From Heteronotia binoei (lineage: Eukaryota): 64,000 nucleotides of DNA. This document shows, one piece after another, positions 35,516 through 48,448 of the stretch. Numbering within the stretch: position 1 is the first letter of the stretch; the number at the start of each line of letters is the position of its first letter. The translations under genes were made by a program, and so were the position numbers. The notes under the pieces were generated by a model. It made no database searches. It saw only the letters and a program-made list of their open reading frames with translations, and was not told the DNA's origin. The stretch is from assembly GCF_032191835.1 (NCBI RefSeq), contig NC_083223.1, positions 52,452,001 to 52,516,000 on the forward strand, written 5' to 3'.

Positions 35516-37649
35516 TCAAGGGTGTCAGATAATAAAATGTATACAGCCAGTGGGTGAAAGGATCTATGAACTACAACTCTGTTCTAAAGTCTGGTAGTTA
35601 GGGAAGTGGGCATGAGTGAATATTTCCTTTTTCTCTGTCAGGTACATCATAACAGTTACAGTGCTAAACATTGGCTGTGGAGAGGAAAATCTCTGAATCT
35701 CCCTGGAACGTTGCACCCCCAGTCTAGGTATTTTGTGACCTCTATGGGCCGGCTCACTATTTGAGAACTACAGCATTGTTTAACAAAGACTCAGCACCAC
35801 ATCCTAACACACCAATCCACCACATCCCAACACAAGGGGTCCAGTTGATCCACTTGGAAAGCTTCTGAACCCATCTCCCATCAAGGACCATAGCTATAAT
35901 TATTTATCTACATTTATTGATTTTTGTTAAAAATGTGTATTCCACCTTTCCTTGTGACTCTCAACTATGACTTCTAAGCCACCTTAAAAAACTATAGCTT
36001 GACCAATAGAATACAACCCCAGATACCCAACTCTCTTCAAAAGATGCCTACAGTCCTCACTTCCATTAAAATCCCTGGGGGGAAAAATTGTCTTACCAGC
36101 ATCCATTGAAGATTTATAATGACAACATTCCCTCTCCTCAAGAAGTCTGCTTCACAATGTGGGGACTGCACAAGGAAAGGCATGGAGTCTTGCTAATGGT
36201 AGGGGAGCCATCTTAAGTGGGGGAACAGCCAGTAGGTGGCAGCCTGAAGTTCACAGTTGGCATGCAAGGGCATATGGGAGGTAGCAGTGCTTTTGATATT
36301 GTCAAAATCAATTTCACAAATAAAAAAGGAATGGTTAGACAGTTTAAGCAATGCAACTGCTTCTCAAGAAGCTGCAGCTCTGCTCCTATAAATTAAAGAT
36401 AAATTTGTCAATGCACACACATTTCTCAAGCAGTTTGGTTTTATTGGCTTTTTTTTAAAACTCTGTAATAATTGCTCAGCATGGTTGACAGCAAGATTAA
36501 GAACATTAACATGTTTAAGAGTGCATATAAAGCACTTTAAAACAAGGAACTTGCCGGGATTCTCTTCCCCACGCAGTCTGGCTGGATTCCCCCCAACCCA
36601 AGCAATGCTTTTGATTGAGGTAATTATCTATGAATCCTCCAATTCTGGGGAGAGGATTTTTGGGCAGCTCAGGGAGTATTTTTTTTGGAGGGGGATGCAG
36701 GCCAAATGACACAATGTTTATCTATCTTGAACCCTACCCCAAATCTCCAAGCCACCCAAAAAATTGCTCATGGGAGTTGGAAGACTCTCATGAAAAGTGG
36801 GAACTGTGACTGAAGGGAAGAATAAAATTTTCCCGCTCCATTTTCACCGATGCTCATACATGACTGGGGGAGGGACTGATGCCCATTTCCCCTCTACATG
36901 GATCAGCTTTTGGAAGGACTTAAGGGATTCCACTAGGAAGAGGAAGGTGCAAGATATCAATTTAGAGAACTTGCCTTGGTTTGTCCAATCCAAGCCACTG
37001 AACCCAATAGTTTGAACAAGCATAGAACAGCAAACCTATTCACCAAAGCAGACTTTAATATTTACAGTAAAATGCAAAGTTCAAACTTACCTGGAAATTG
37101 TTTTCCTTAATTCCTGGTGGTATGGAACCTTCTTAAGCTATTCAGTGGTAAAGAAAATTCACACTATACTTGCCCAAAGGCCCTTTTATCTAGTCTCTGT
37201 TTCACCAGGATGAAGCCCGGGCACAAGTCAGGCCCTGTTGAAGAACACAAATATTTACTTTTTGAATTAAGATCTCAAACTCGATAACAAGCAGCTACCA
37301 GAGAATTGCAGTCAGAGTCAACGATTCCTCAAGGATGCACTAACCCACAGTGATATGTGCAGACACTGGAGACAGGATGCAGTTATTCAAAGACCTTGAG
37401 GATCCAAAGAGCTCTTTGAAGCTGGTCCTTTCAAAACTGTGTCTTCCCTCAGCTGGTCTGTTTTTGAAAACAATGTGTGCTACAGAGACAGGCACCCACG
37501 ATATAAAGTGGATGGGGTTCAAACACATCAAAACAAGATAAACATGCTATCTGCCATGTACTGAAATCAATGTTAAGCTACAACACTGAGACCTGACTCA
37601 TGCATACACATGACTGTTAACATGAAAGGGGTTAGCCTCCAGAGAAAAT

Positions 37650-37945
37650 TTGGATTTTAGGAGGCACAGTGCACACTTTAGTTCAGCTTTCTGATGCATT
37701 CTAAAAGGGCCCTTTCAAGAAAGCCATTTGCACTACATACAGTTCAGAGGCAGCGCTTGAAGAATTATCTGCGACGGCCAAGACCCTGCTTAAGATTAGC
37801 TGTGGAGGAGGGAAAGCAATGCTTACACTTGCACAAAGGCAGAGGCCAAGTTCAGGGAGACTCAACTGCAGCTAACAAGAATCCCATCACTCTTTGTGAG
37901 TGTATTGTTCACTGCTCCTTCCAGGCAAGGGCTTACAGCATTGTG
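37650..37945. repeat. Unassigned repeat, copy B
   Basis: See copy A; also shares AAGGGCCCTTTC and CATTTGCACTACATA blocks. Confidence 0.7.
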
Positions 37946-38528
37946 CGCCTGCAGGAAACAACACCCTCTCAGAAACCACCATTGTCCCGCTAATGGACCA
38001 CAATAAGATCATCATGCACCTTTATGACATGAATAAAAGGGGGGGGGAGGGGTTTCTAATTATCACAGCATTCAATTCAAATCCTGTGCTCTGTGCCAAG
38101 GCAGTAATGTAGCTTTCTGTTCCAGGTTCTCCTGCTTTTTCTACAACAGTACTTCCTGTCACTGCCCCATATACTCTGATGACAAACTGCTTCCTGGTTT
38201 TGGGAGGGGCCCTCCTCACAATGCACAGCGAAGCACATGCTAAGTGACCTCATTGGACTACTACAGTATAGATACCTTGGGTGTAGAAAAGAGGCACAGT
38301 GCTGACCAGAATACCCCAGTCCTGTCTCTTGTTTAGTTTTGGCTGGTATAGCCATCAGCACATTATTCCACAATCATAATGCAGAGGATGATTGCTTAAG
38401 TGTTGCTAAGAATGATGTTTTTACACAAATATACTTGATATTGGGCAATCATAGCACTCTCATGATCATTCACTTTCTGGATTTTCTTGGGAGGACAACA
38501 GAATTAAGTAGAGTGATTACAGTAGCAC

Positions 38529-38693
38529 CGGGTTTCTTTTTTTTGTAGCAGAACTCCTTTGCATATTAGTTCGCACCCCCTGATGTAGCCAATCCTCCAA
38601 GAACTTACAGGGCTGTTAATACAGGGCCTATTGTAAGCTCTGGGAGGATTGGCTACATCAGGGGTATGTGGCCTGCTATAAAAAAATGTCCTG
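38529..38693. mobile_element. hAT-type palindromic MITE
   Basis: Perfect 8-bp TSD AGTAGCAC (38521-38528 / 38694-38701); internal inverted repeat CCCCTGATGTAGCCAATCCTCC / GGAGGATTGGCTACATCAGGGG. Confidence 0.8.
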
Positions 38694-38857
38694 AGTAGCA
38701 CAATATCTAATAATGTGTGGATCCAACCTGCATACCTTTTTCATTTTTGTTATTTATAATCCGCCTTTCTCACTGAGAGTCAAAGCGGTTTGCAAAGTGC
38801 AAATCAAATACAATCAACAGGATAGGACATCCAATAAACAAGCAATAAGGTTTAGAT

Positions 38858-39484
38858 CAGGGGTGTCAAACTCATTTGCTATGAGGGCCAGATCTGACAT
38901 AAATGAGACCTTGTTGGGCTGGGTCATGTTGGGTTGGGCTGAGCCATGTTGGGCCGGGCCATGCGTGTACCTATTTAAGATTAGGTAGCAGAGATGTAAA
39001 TTTTATAAAGGACACAGACATACACAAATATTTTTAAAAAAAACTTAAAACATGCTTAAAATGTTAGTACTCATTGGTCTTAAAGATACTTTATTTGTAT
39101 TTCTCCCATGGGATCCAGGGCAATCGGCAAAGGAAGCTCTGGCTCTTTCCTTCCTTCCCCAGGGGACCAGGAAGGGAAGGAGCCTCAGCCAATAGAAGGA
39201 AGAGAGGCTTTGCTCAGTAGTTCTGCTGTAGAATTGAGAGAGCCTGGCAAAGCAAGCTATTCCTCCCCCTTTCCTACCCAAGGGAGGAGCCTCAGCCAAT
39301 GGAGAAAATGGAGATTTTGCTCTATAGCTCCTGTGCAATTAAGCAAGCCTGGCAAAACAAGCTGTGATGCAGAAGGAAACAAAAGAGAAAGAGAAGGAAG
39401 CAGATGACAGCCAGTTGCTCAGAGGCCTGATAGGAGCCCTCCAGGGACCTGATTTGGCCCCTGAACTGCATGTTTGACACCCCG
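38858..39484. mobile_element. hAT (Charlie-like) non-autonomous element
   Basis: TIRs CAGGGGTGTCAAAC / GTTTGACACCCCG; TSD GTTTAGAT/GTCTAGAT (7/8, NTCTAGAN-type target). Confidence 0.85.
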
Positions 39485-40694
39485 GTCTAGATGGCAGAAA
39501 TCTGAAAAGAAGCATAAATCAGAAAATGGAAGTGAAACAAATCTGAAACAAGCCATGAGCATTCACATGATATATTAAACAACAAAGAAATCACCTAGTC
39601 GGATAATACAGCAACAGACAATATAAACTATACACAGTAGTACAGCCTATAGCCCCCTATCCCTTTACCAAAGCATCTTTCTGAACTGTTTCATTATAGT
39701 ACAGCTTTGTTACCTCTTGAAAGCCCTCTTGAATAATTCAATTTTGAAAAGTTTAGGGAAAGTCAGAACAGCAGGAGACTTTCTGATCTCATTAAGAAGG
39801 CCATTCCATAATGTGGGCACCGCAACAAAGAAGGTACATGTACAGATTGTTGTTGATTTTGCCCATTTGCAGGTTAGCACCTACAGGATGCCCTGATCAG
39901 AAGAGCAAAGCTGTTGTGATGGAGCGTAGGGGGAGAGGCAGACCTGTAGATATGATGGACAAGGCCATGAAGGGTTTTGTATTTGATAGTCAATACCATG
40001 AATTGAGCCAGGTAACAGATGAGTAGCCAATGGAGTGACTGTACCATGAAAGAAAGATGCATGCCCAGCTCCTGATGATAACCAACTTGTGATGTTCACC
40101 AAATGGAGTCTTCAAACTGGTTTTGAGAGGAGACCTATGTAGAGTGCATCACAGTAATCTAGTCATGATCTTACCATGGGCCAGACTGGCTGTGTCAAAG
40201 TAGGGTCTTCAGGGCTAGACTGAGCTTGAAGAAAATGTGTTTTGCTGCTGCATTAACTTTTCTTCTCCAACAGTAATGCTGGATCTATCATAATCCTTAG
40301 GGTCTTTACCAAATCAGCAATGGTCAGATGTGCCCTGTCAAAATTGGAAAGTGCAATGTCCTTCCAGATCCCTGCCTTTCCAGCCTGCACCGTTTTTGTC
40401 TCATCTGGATTCAGTTTCAGTTTGGTCACTTGTGACCATATAACCACAGCAGCCAGGCATTGTCTTCCAGACCTCTTCTGCATCATTATGGGCTGATAGC
40501 ATCCAGCTATGAATGACTTTTCCTAAAATATAGACTGAACCCTGTGGAACCCCATAAGACAATTCCTGTGCTGAAGATAGCTGATCTTCAGCAGCAATCC
40601 TTTGAATTGGGTCTGTGAGGAATGATTTAAGCCAGTCCAAGGCACATCCCCTGATTCCTACTTCTGCTTTCAAATGCCTCAGCAGGATGGCGTA

Positions 40695-41097
40695 AGCACT
40701 TGTTGGTCTTAAAGGTGCTTTCTTTGTATTTTTTCCATTGGATCCACAGAACTGGGCAAAGGAAGCTCTGGGTCTTTCCTTCCTTCCCCAGGGGACTGAG
40801 GGGGTGGGGAGAAGCCTCAGCCAATAGAAGGAAGAGAGGCTTGGCTCAGTAGCTCTGCTGTGCGATTGAGAGAGCCTGGAAAAACAAGCTCTGCCTCCCT
40901 CCCCTTCCTCTCCAAGGGAGGAGCCTCAGCTAATGGAGAAAATAGAGGTTTTGCTCTGTAACTCCTGTGCAATTGATCAAGCCTTGCAAAGCAAACTGTT
41001 ATGCAAAAGGAAGCAAGATATAGGGAGAAGGAAGCAGATGACAGCCAATTGCTCGGGGGCCTGATTTGGCCCCCAAAATGCATGTTTGACATCCCTG
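40695..41097. mobile_element. Left-truncated copy of the 38858 hAT element
   Basis: Colinear with about 39066-39484; right TIR GTTTGACATCCCTG retained; left TIR and TSD absent. Confidence 0.8.
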
Positions 41098-41982
41098 GTT
41101 TATTGTATCAAAGGCTACAGATAGCTCTTGTAGCATCAATAAAGAAGCATGGTCTTTGTCTACATTCAAACAGAGGTCATCAACCAAAGTCACCTAGGCT
41201 GTCTCTTTTCCATAGCCCAGCCTAAAACCAGATTGAAAGGGTGCACAGCACATAAATTATCCCAAAAGACCTTGGTTGGTCCTGCTACTGCTGCATCAAT
41301 CCCTCATCCCAAGAAGGGCAGATTTGAGATTGGGCAATAATAGACCACTTCATCTTTCTGTAAGGATCTTTTTTTCCCCCTGGCAGTGAACTGCTCTGTT
41401 TTTAGTTGTTTCAGTTGTTGTATGTGATATTTATACAATTTTACACTTAATTGCTGCTTAATTGATTTGATTTTTTAAAAAATATTCTATGGATTACCAC
41501 AGGATCATGTTTTGGAGAGATGGTATGCAGACTCTTTAAATAAACAATAGTAATTAAATAAATGAGATGAACCTCAGCAACCCACAAAATTTGGCAGCAG
41601 TTCAGCATAAAAAGTCACTGAGTCAAATATTTTAATAATATTTTAAATATATTTATAATTGTTATGTTTTTTTTAAAAAAATGTAGCTTCCATTTCTACC
41701 GCTTCTGATTTCTAACCAACCTACCTACCCTGCTTTTGCTTAAAGAGATGTTTGCTAAAAAGAACAGGATGAGCCTCATTCAGAGAGTTTGCATCAAGAC
41801 AAAGGAGGCAACAATTGACCAGGAGAGTAGACAGGAACAAAGAGCTTACTAAATGATCATGGAATACAATAGCTCTGCTGTGGAAAGGAGCAGTCTAGGT
41901 ATAAAAGGACAAGCCTAAAGAGATTACTCAATCAGACATGGTAGATGCTGTAGCTAGTATTCTAAACATGCCAGTCCAATCA

Positions 41983-42270
41983 AAGAAGAAGAGAAGAAGA
42001 ATTGCAGATTTATACCCTGCCCTTCTCTCTGAATCAGAGACTCAGAGCAGCTTACAATCTTCTATATCTTCTCCTCCCACAACAGACACCCTGTGAGGTG
42101 GATGGGCCTGAGAGGGCTCTCACAGTAGCTGCCCTTTCAAGGACAACCTCTGCCAAAGCTATGGCTAACCCAAGGCCATTCCAGCAGGTGCAAGTGGAGG
42201 AGTGGGGAATCAAACCCGGTTCTCCCAGATAAAAGTCCACGTACTTAACCACTACACCAAACTGGCTCTC
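41983..42270 (-). mobile_element. Squam3-like SINE
   Basis: Full-length reverse copy with a (GAA)n tail. Confidence 0.88.
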
Positions 42271-42899
42271 TGTGTGTCTATTTAAAGCACAGTGCTTCTT
42301 TAAAGAACAGTGTCCCATTTAACAGAAAGAACCTATGCTGAACTCAAGCTGTAACTTGTGGTTCTCCATAATTAGAAATGCTTCTGTGTACTCCTTAGTC
42401 CCCCCCCCCCCAATTTACTGCACCATACTTGAATATCATCCAGATGGTGTGCTTATACTTTGGCTCTTCTCAACAATATTTCATTTGATCATTCTGCTAA
42501 CCCCCTGCCTTGATTTCAACCCTGCATTAAAACTCTACCAAAAAGATCTTTAAATAGAATGTAGTGATCCAGGTTTGAAGCATATTAACTGACTGACTGG
42601 ATGCTGAAACCTGTCAGTGGTTCCTGGTAAGACAGGCGTTAACAGTGGGGAAGAAGGTCCTCTTCTTTTATTTGGCAGTTCTGAGTCCAGATTGGGATAT
42701 GGGTTCATAATAGTGACCTGGGGCCAGCCACACACTCAGCCTAACCTAATCATGTAGTAAGCTGCTTTTATTTAATGAATTTCTCAGTCTGACTTGATTC
42801 ATAGGGCTGTTTGTTAAAATAAAATGTGAGAGGGAAGAACCTTCTAGGTTACCCTGAGTGCCTTGGAGGAATGGCCACATAAATGTATAGACATATAAA

Positions 42900-43097
42900 C
42901 AGGGCTATTTTTGGAGCAAGAACACATAGGAATGCAGTTCTGGCTGGCTTGGTGCCCGGGGGTGTGGCCTAATATGCAAATGAATCTCTGCTGGGCTTTT
43001 TCTATAAAAAAAGCTCTGTGTGAAACAAAGGTGACATCGGGGATATGGCCCAATATGCAAATGAGTTCCTGCTGGGCTTTTTCTACAAAAAGCCCTG
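42900..43097. mobile_element. hAT-type MITE with duplicated right half
   Basis: Ends CAGGGCT / AGCCCTG; TSD CATATAAA/CATATAGA (7/8); two tandem units, each containing ATGCAAAT (42974, 43055). Confidence 0.8.
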
Positions 43098-46000
43098 CAT
43101 ATAGAAATGCCTATTTAAAGACACAACTCTTCTGAAACAAAATCTAAAATATATGTAAAGAAAACAACAACTAATATACAGATATAATTACGCAATTAAA
43201 ACTCCCATGATAAATACATGTGCATATATGCAAGTACATAACTCTTGATAGCAACCCCACCACCCACATAACTGCAGGAATCCAGAAACCTAGTGGCACA
43301 GTCTGCTGCCTATAAAATGCCTTAGGGATAGATGAGACGGGTATAGTCAATGCCCTATCATCACCAGTTGACTTCAATGTTGGTTTAAAGTTTGCATTTG
43401 CAATGATTAGTAAAGATTAGTACACCGGAGTAAATTTCTTCCTCCACTTGGTTTATCAAAAGTAACCACATGCACTCCAGCCATCATAGCTGGTTCTATA
43501 ATGAGGGAAGGTGAAGCAGTGGCCTTAGTCATGGCTTTGGGGAAATGCATCAGTACTTATCACTGTCTTACCCCACTGCCATCCCATTTAGGAGCCAAAG
43601 CACTTAACTCTAAAGTTCCAAAAGCTTGATTGGGTGTGCACAGCTTGCCATATAGTGTTTAAAATACCATCTTGTCGCTATACCACCACCCATTGTATTT
43701 TTTAGACCATCAGTACACTTAATTGTAGAGTGTGCCCAATTGAAACTGCCATTCTATGGTTTATAACTTGCCTATTGTTTTATTTTATTGCTTCATATTG
43801 TTTCGATTTTAATTGCAAATTTTAATTGTTGTTTTATCTATGTTGTCATCTGCCCTGAGCCCGTTTCAGGAAGGGGTGGAATATAAATTAACTAACTAAC
43901 TAAATTTTAAAAAACACTTAGGAAACAATGAGGAAGGAGCATCAAGTGACACCCCATATTGAGCTGTCACTGGTGGCCATTGGTAGTAACTGACTTGGAT
44001 CACAAGCAGAGAAGTTCTGTACTTGATGAGAGTTGAATTCAATGCAATAGACCCCCCTTTTCTTTACTGAGGATATAAGATTCTTCAGTAGCACCACTGA
44101 TGTTATTTTCCAGACATTTGGCATTTTCTGAAATTCATAATCAGTTTTCAATAACTGACCATGACAGATTTTCTCCTTCAATTTTCCAAAACCAGAGGGT
44201 CCAACGTTCCTAGTACACAATTGTGAACAAAAAAAACTGAAGATCAGCCTTGCTGTTCACCACACTCGAAGATTTCAGTCCTTGAAAGAAGGCCTTGAAG
44301 TATGGTGGCTGTCCTGGGCCACTCCCCACAGTCATAGGCATTCTTCATAGGCAGACAACATCACTTTAGATTCAGGGCCCTGGTATCTGTCCCACTGGAA
44401 AATTTGTTGAACTATCAAGCATTACTTTACTTTTCTCTTTATATGCTTTTGTTAACCTCCTACTAATTTACTTCTTTATTGATAGCAGCAAGTTTATATT
44501 AAAACAGGTGTTCATTATACCAGATCATCCAATTAAAGGACTTCATGGCTGTAATAGTCCCCACACTCAAAGTAATCTCTTAGGAATAAAACAGCCCAAA
44601 GTAGTTGAAGTGTGGTTTCTTTTTCCACTAGCCTGCTTAAGGCTGAAATCAAAATACCACTTTCCCTAGGAGTGAGCCCCACTGAATAAAATGGGACTTC
44701 TGCATAGACCTGTTTGCATTGTTCCCAGAGTCATGCTACAAAAAGTGCATTACTAGAAATGTTTTTATTGGATCAAGTCTTCAAAGCAGCCCAAACTCTA
44801 GCTCAACTTAGAACCAGAAGATACAATTATGAACATATGTAAAAGTCCCTAAAAGGTTCAAGAAAAATCCATCACTGATCTCTTCAGGTCTGATATAGAC
44901 ATTTTAAAAATGTTTCTTGTACTTCAGCAATTTTAGAGTAGTTACTTGTTTAAATTCCTTTGTTACTCTCTCCAAGCTGCTAATGCTGATTCATGCTAGT
45001 CCTTCTTCAGGATGATCATTTTATCCTTCCTCTCTCACTTCTCTTTTACAAGTTTTTTTTTTAAATTGCCTACAGACCCCTTTGCCTATTAAACTCAATT
45101 TTCTGCTATTCTTTCTTTCCCATTTCAGCTTTCCAAGATGATCTTTCCCTGCTCTTGTTGTTTCTGTTTCACTTCTCATTCTGTATTTGTCAAATCTCCT
45201 TTTCCCCTTTCCATTCTCTTTTGTCTTTTTTTCTCATTCTCCCAAACTCTTGTGTCATTTTCTTCTCACTTCACTAGTTCTGTCCCTGACAAAAGCAGCA
45301 AGTTGAATGAGCAGGAGCAGTGTGCAAATTGATATGGGAAGTACCCATGGCTTAGAGTTCAGTAGTCTTCTAAATGACGTCTGTCCCTCTGAATCCACTT
45401 TTTGTAAAAATTTCTGTTCATAACAGAAACAGATTTGAACACTTTGTGGCAACCAACAGACCCCATAGCAAACATATGTATTACTCTATGAACTCCCAGA
45501 GCAAGGTGTAAGCAAAACATTTTGCTTCAAACAAAAGAATTGCCATCAATTCAAGCAGCTGAACAGGCTTGGCCATTTCTGTCACCCTCATAGAATCCAA
45601 CGAATTTTAGTCATGTGGTTAAAAAAGGATAGCTGTTAACAAAGATTTTTTTTTTGTTAAGGAATAGAAACAATGAAATACTATGGGTATCTCCTCTGCA
45701 CTCTGGAAAGGCAACTGCCATTCTTTCCCTTAAGGGAATACTTCAAGAAACAGATTCATTCCCCAGCCCTTGTCTTCCTCCTGTTAAGACCTCGTACTGC
45801 CTGTGTACATGTGTGCCATACCAATGAAATTTTTATTGCAAGGTAATAATTTCATTATGGAATTGACCACCAATAAGACACTAGCCTAGAGTTTCAATAA
45901 CAGAGAACCTCTTGAGAATATACCAGTTGACCACACTAAAGTAGAAAATCAAAAATGGGGAGGGCAGTGGATAGAGAGGAAATTTTAGATTCCTTAGAAA

Positions 46001-46164
46001 GGCAATCAGATCAATATTTAATTCACTGAAAATCTGTGTGTATTTCACTATTCCAGAACATCAAGTGGTCACCATGAGGGAAGGTGGTCAGCAAAATCTA
46101 ATCCTGTGATCTGATCTTGCTGAAAAGGGTTTAATATAAATAGTGGTGGTGGAGGAGGAGGAAA

Positions 46165-46371
46165 GTACCATCAAGTCATAGCCAACTAATGGTGACTCCA
46201 TAACGTTTTCAAGGCAAGAGATGAACAGAGGTTGTTTGCCACTGCCTGCCTCTGCAGAGCAACTCCAGATCTTCTTGGAGGGCTTGCATCCAGGACCTAA
46301 CCAGGGCTGACTCTGTTTAGCCTTGAAGATCTAAATGAGAGCAGGCAGGCCTGGGCCATCCAGGTCAGGGC
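46165..46371 (-). mobile_element. 5S rRNA-derived SINE
   Basis: Reverse complement begins GCCCTGACCTGGATGGCCCAGGC, followed by a 5S-like segment and the gtggcaaacaacctctgttcatctcttgccttgaaaac 3' part. Confidence 0.65.
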
Positions 46372-46848
46372 AAGTGGTTTTAAAATGTTATCAACTGACG
46401 TCTCCCAAATAAGTTCAGCATTACACTGTCCACACACAACAAACGTTGGTTTCTTTCTGTTTGTTTTGAATCACTAATACCATACAGATGACTGGTAATG
46501 TGCAGATTAGAAGAATGTATTCAAAATCCTGGCTACCCAAAATGCACCTGATCATTATTCAATTTACAGAAAATAGTTGGCTTGGGGGGTGGGGGAGTGG
46601 GAGGGTTTGAGATTCCAATGCATCCGCAAACAGTGAATAACCTTGTAAGAAGGACAAGATTAGCATTGAAGAAATAAAATGAGGTGTGTTATTAGGTGCC
46701 TCATTGAGGTGTTCCTGTCTCTTCTTGCATAGGAAGGTTAAAGTCTCCAGTTCACAGTGCTCTGCACTGAAGATGTGCTACCAGTTGATTAGGCAACTCT
46801 TTCCCACTGGACCAGCAGTTCTCACAGCACTGCTAACATTCATATGCT

Positions 46849-47335
46849 TGCAGCCTGCAGCATAGCTGCAAGGGTTGCGGGTGGCTTTGGGCCTCCCGGT
46901 GGATGCTAAGCCCTAAGTAGAGACTTGGCCTTAGTAGTGGCAGGTTTTTTGGGGTTTAGGGCACTATGTGGCCAGGGGAGGACTGTGAAGCATCCCCCTT
47001 TTGGGGAATTTGGGGTCTGGCATGATCAACCTTGGAGTTTGAAGACCTGGGTGGAGAATGCAGACTGCCGGGAGACTCGGCTAGAGGGTGCTTTCTGGCG
47101 AGACTTGCGTCTGGGTTTGGGCCCTCAGGTGCGGGCCTCCCTGCTGGGCCTGCCCGGAGAGAGCCTGAAGGCTGGGTCTCTCACCCGTTATGGCAGGGGA
47201 GCGGTCGCGGTGACCCCTAGCCCTGGCCAGGCCGCTGGTGGGGATACCCTTACTGTGTATGAGGTTGATTAATAAAGTGGCCCAATTTCATTCCAATACT
47301 CTGTGTCTGACTCATTATTCCATCATTGGGGGGCA
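46849..47335 (+). mobile_element. Solo LTR (487 bp)
   Basis: TG...CA termini, perfect 5-bp TSD ATGCT (46844-46848 / 47336-47340), AATAAA at 47271, GC/CpG-rich interior. Confidence 0.8.
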
Positions 47336-47759
47336 ATGCTAGTATGTTACCTGGTTTGGATTAGGAATTCAAGCATCTTGTAATGCTCAGAATCCAAAAC
47401 ATTCCAGCCTTTTTTTTTACTAGCCACCGATACCACCAGCTTCTCAGTACTACTCTATGAACATTCAGCATTGGCTTTAATTGAAAAAAGCACTAAGATG
47501 CCAAGGCATCTAGGGTAAAAGCAAGACAAAAATCAAGGTCATGTACACCAAAACAAGACATGGAAGCTGCAATCCCCTCCCTTCCAATTTATCTTTAAGA
47601 CTGTATATTGTACATCATGTGTGGTTGGTTTTCAGATGCTTTTGTTTTCTTTTTTGTCTAGAAAGCAGGATATAAATAAACAAAATAAAGGTGCAATGGC
47701 AATCTACTATATTAAATTTAAAATTTTTCAGTGAAATTAAAGTTGTTTTATATACATAG

Positions 47760-48070
47760 CAACATAAGCGCCCAAGATATGTTCTGAAAGAACCGCCATC
47801 CATAAGACTACCTTATGTAAGAACCGCCATCCATAAGACTACCTAAACTGGCAGAACCAGCGCCATAACAGCTCTATCGCTGCCAGATATACTCATATAT
47901 ATTTAGTCTAATGAAAATCATGTATTTTAATTTAACTGACTGGTTTTTATGTTTAATTTTAATTGTTAAATTTAAAGTTTTATTTATGTTAATGTGTAAG
48001 TTGTTGTTAGCCGCCCTGAGCCGCCTAGGCGGGGAGGGCGGGATAGAAATAAAAGTTATTATTATTATTG
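47760..48070 (+). mobile_element. L2 3' UTR/tail fragment
   Basis: Terminal motif TTAGCCGCCCTGAGCCGCCTAGGCGGGGAGGGCGGGATAGAAATAAAAG plus (TTA)n; 26-bp duplication at 47788-47813 / 47819-47844 near the 5' end. Confidence 0.7.
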
Positions 48071-48448
48071 AAAACATATTATGTTCAGAGCTGCTGCAAG
48101 GCTTTTTGGCACCCTAGGCAAGGCTACCTACTTTAAAATATTTATATCCTTTTCTTCTCCACACATGTTGTGAAGTCTTGAAGGTGCTCCTGGCCTGAGT
48201 CAGTGTTATTGCGGGAGGGGAGGGGAGCTATGGGAGGCTGTTGTAGCCCTAAACCATAAAGAGTCATGCCACATATTAAAAATTATCAAATTGATTGCAG
48301 CATAATCTTCTGTGAGCCTGGTATGCCTCTCATGATGTGGGTCACAAAAGCGAGGCCATAATAAATTCTGGGAATAAGTAGTGTACATACACATGAAAGC
48401 TTGTACTTAGAATTAAACCTCCTTGGCCTTAAGGAAGTCACTGGAGTT

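Larger units (their letters stand above)
38745..41350 (-). mobile_element. Old L2 LINE (RT to 3' tail) interrupted by two hAT MITEs
   Basis: Minus-strand peptides LVDDLCLNVDKDHASLLML..LSVAFDTI (near 41100-41190), GIRGCALDWLKSFL...ELSYGVPQGS (40401-40673), LKLNPDETK and SLHWLLI; L2 tail near 38750-38800. Confidence 0.8.

Noticed and set aside
47788-47844. CRISPR-like 26-bp repeat with a spacer
   Set aside because: Only two units with a 5-nt spacer, in a vertebrate L2 fragment; simple tandem duplication. The same applies to the 30-bp period repeat at 63828-63878 and the 15-bp duplication near 16430.
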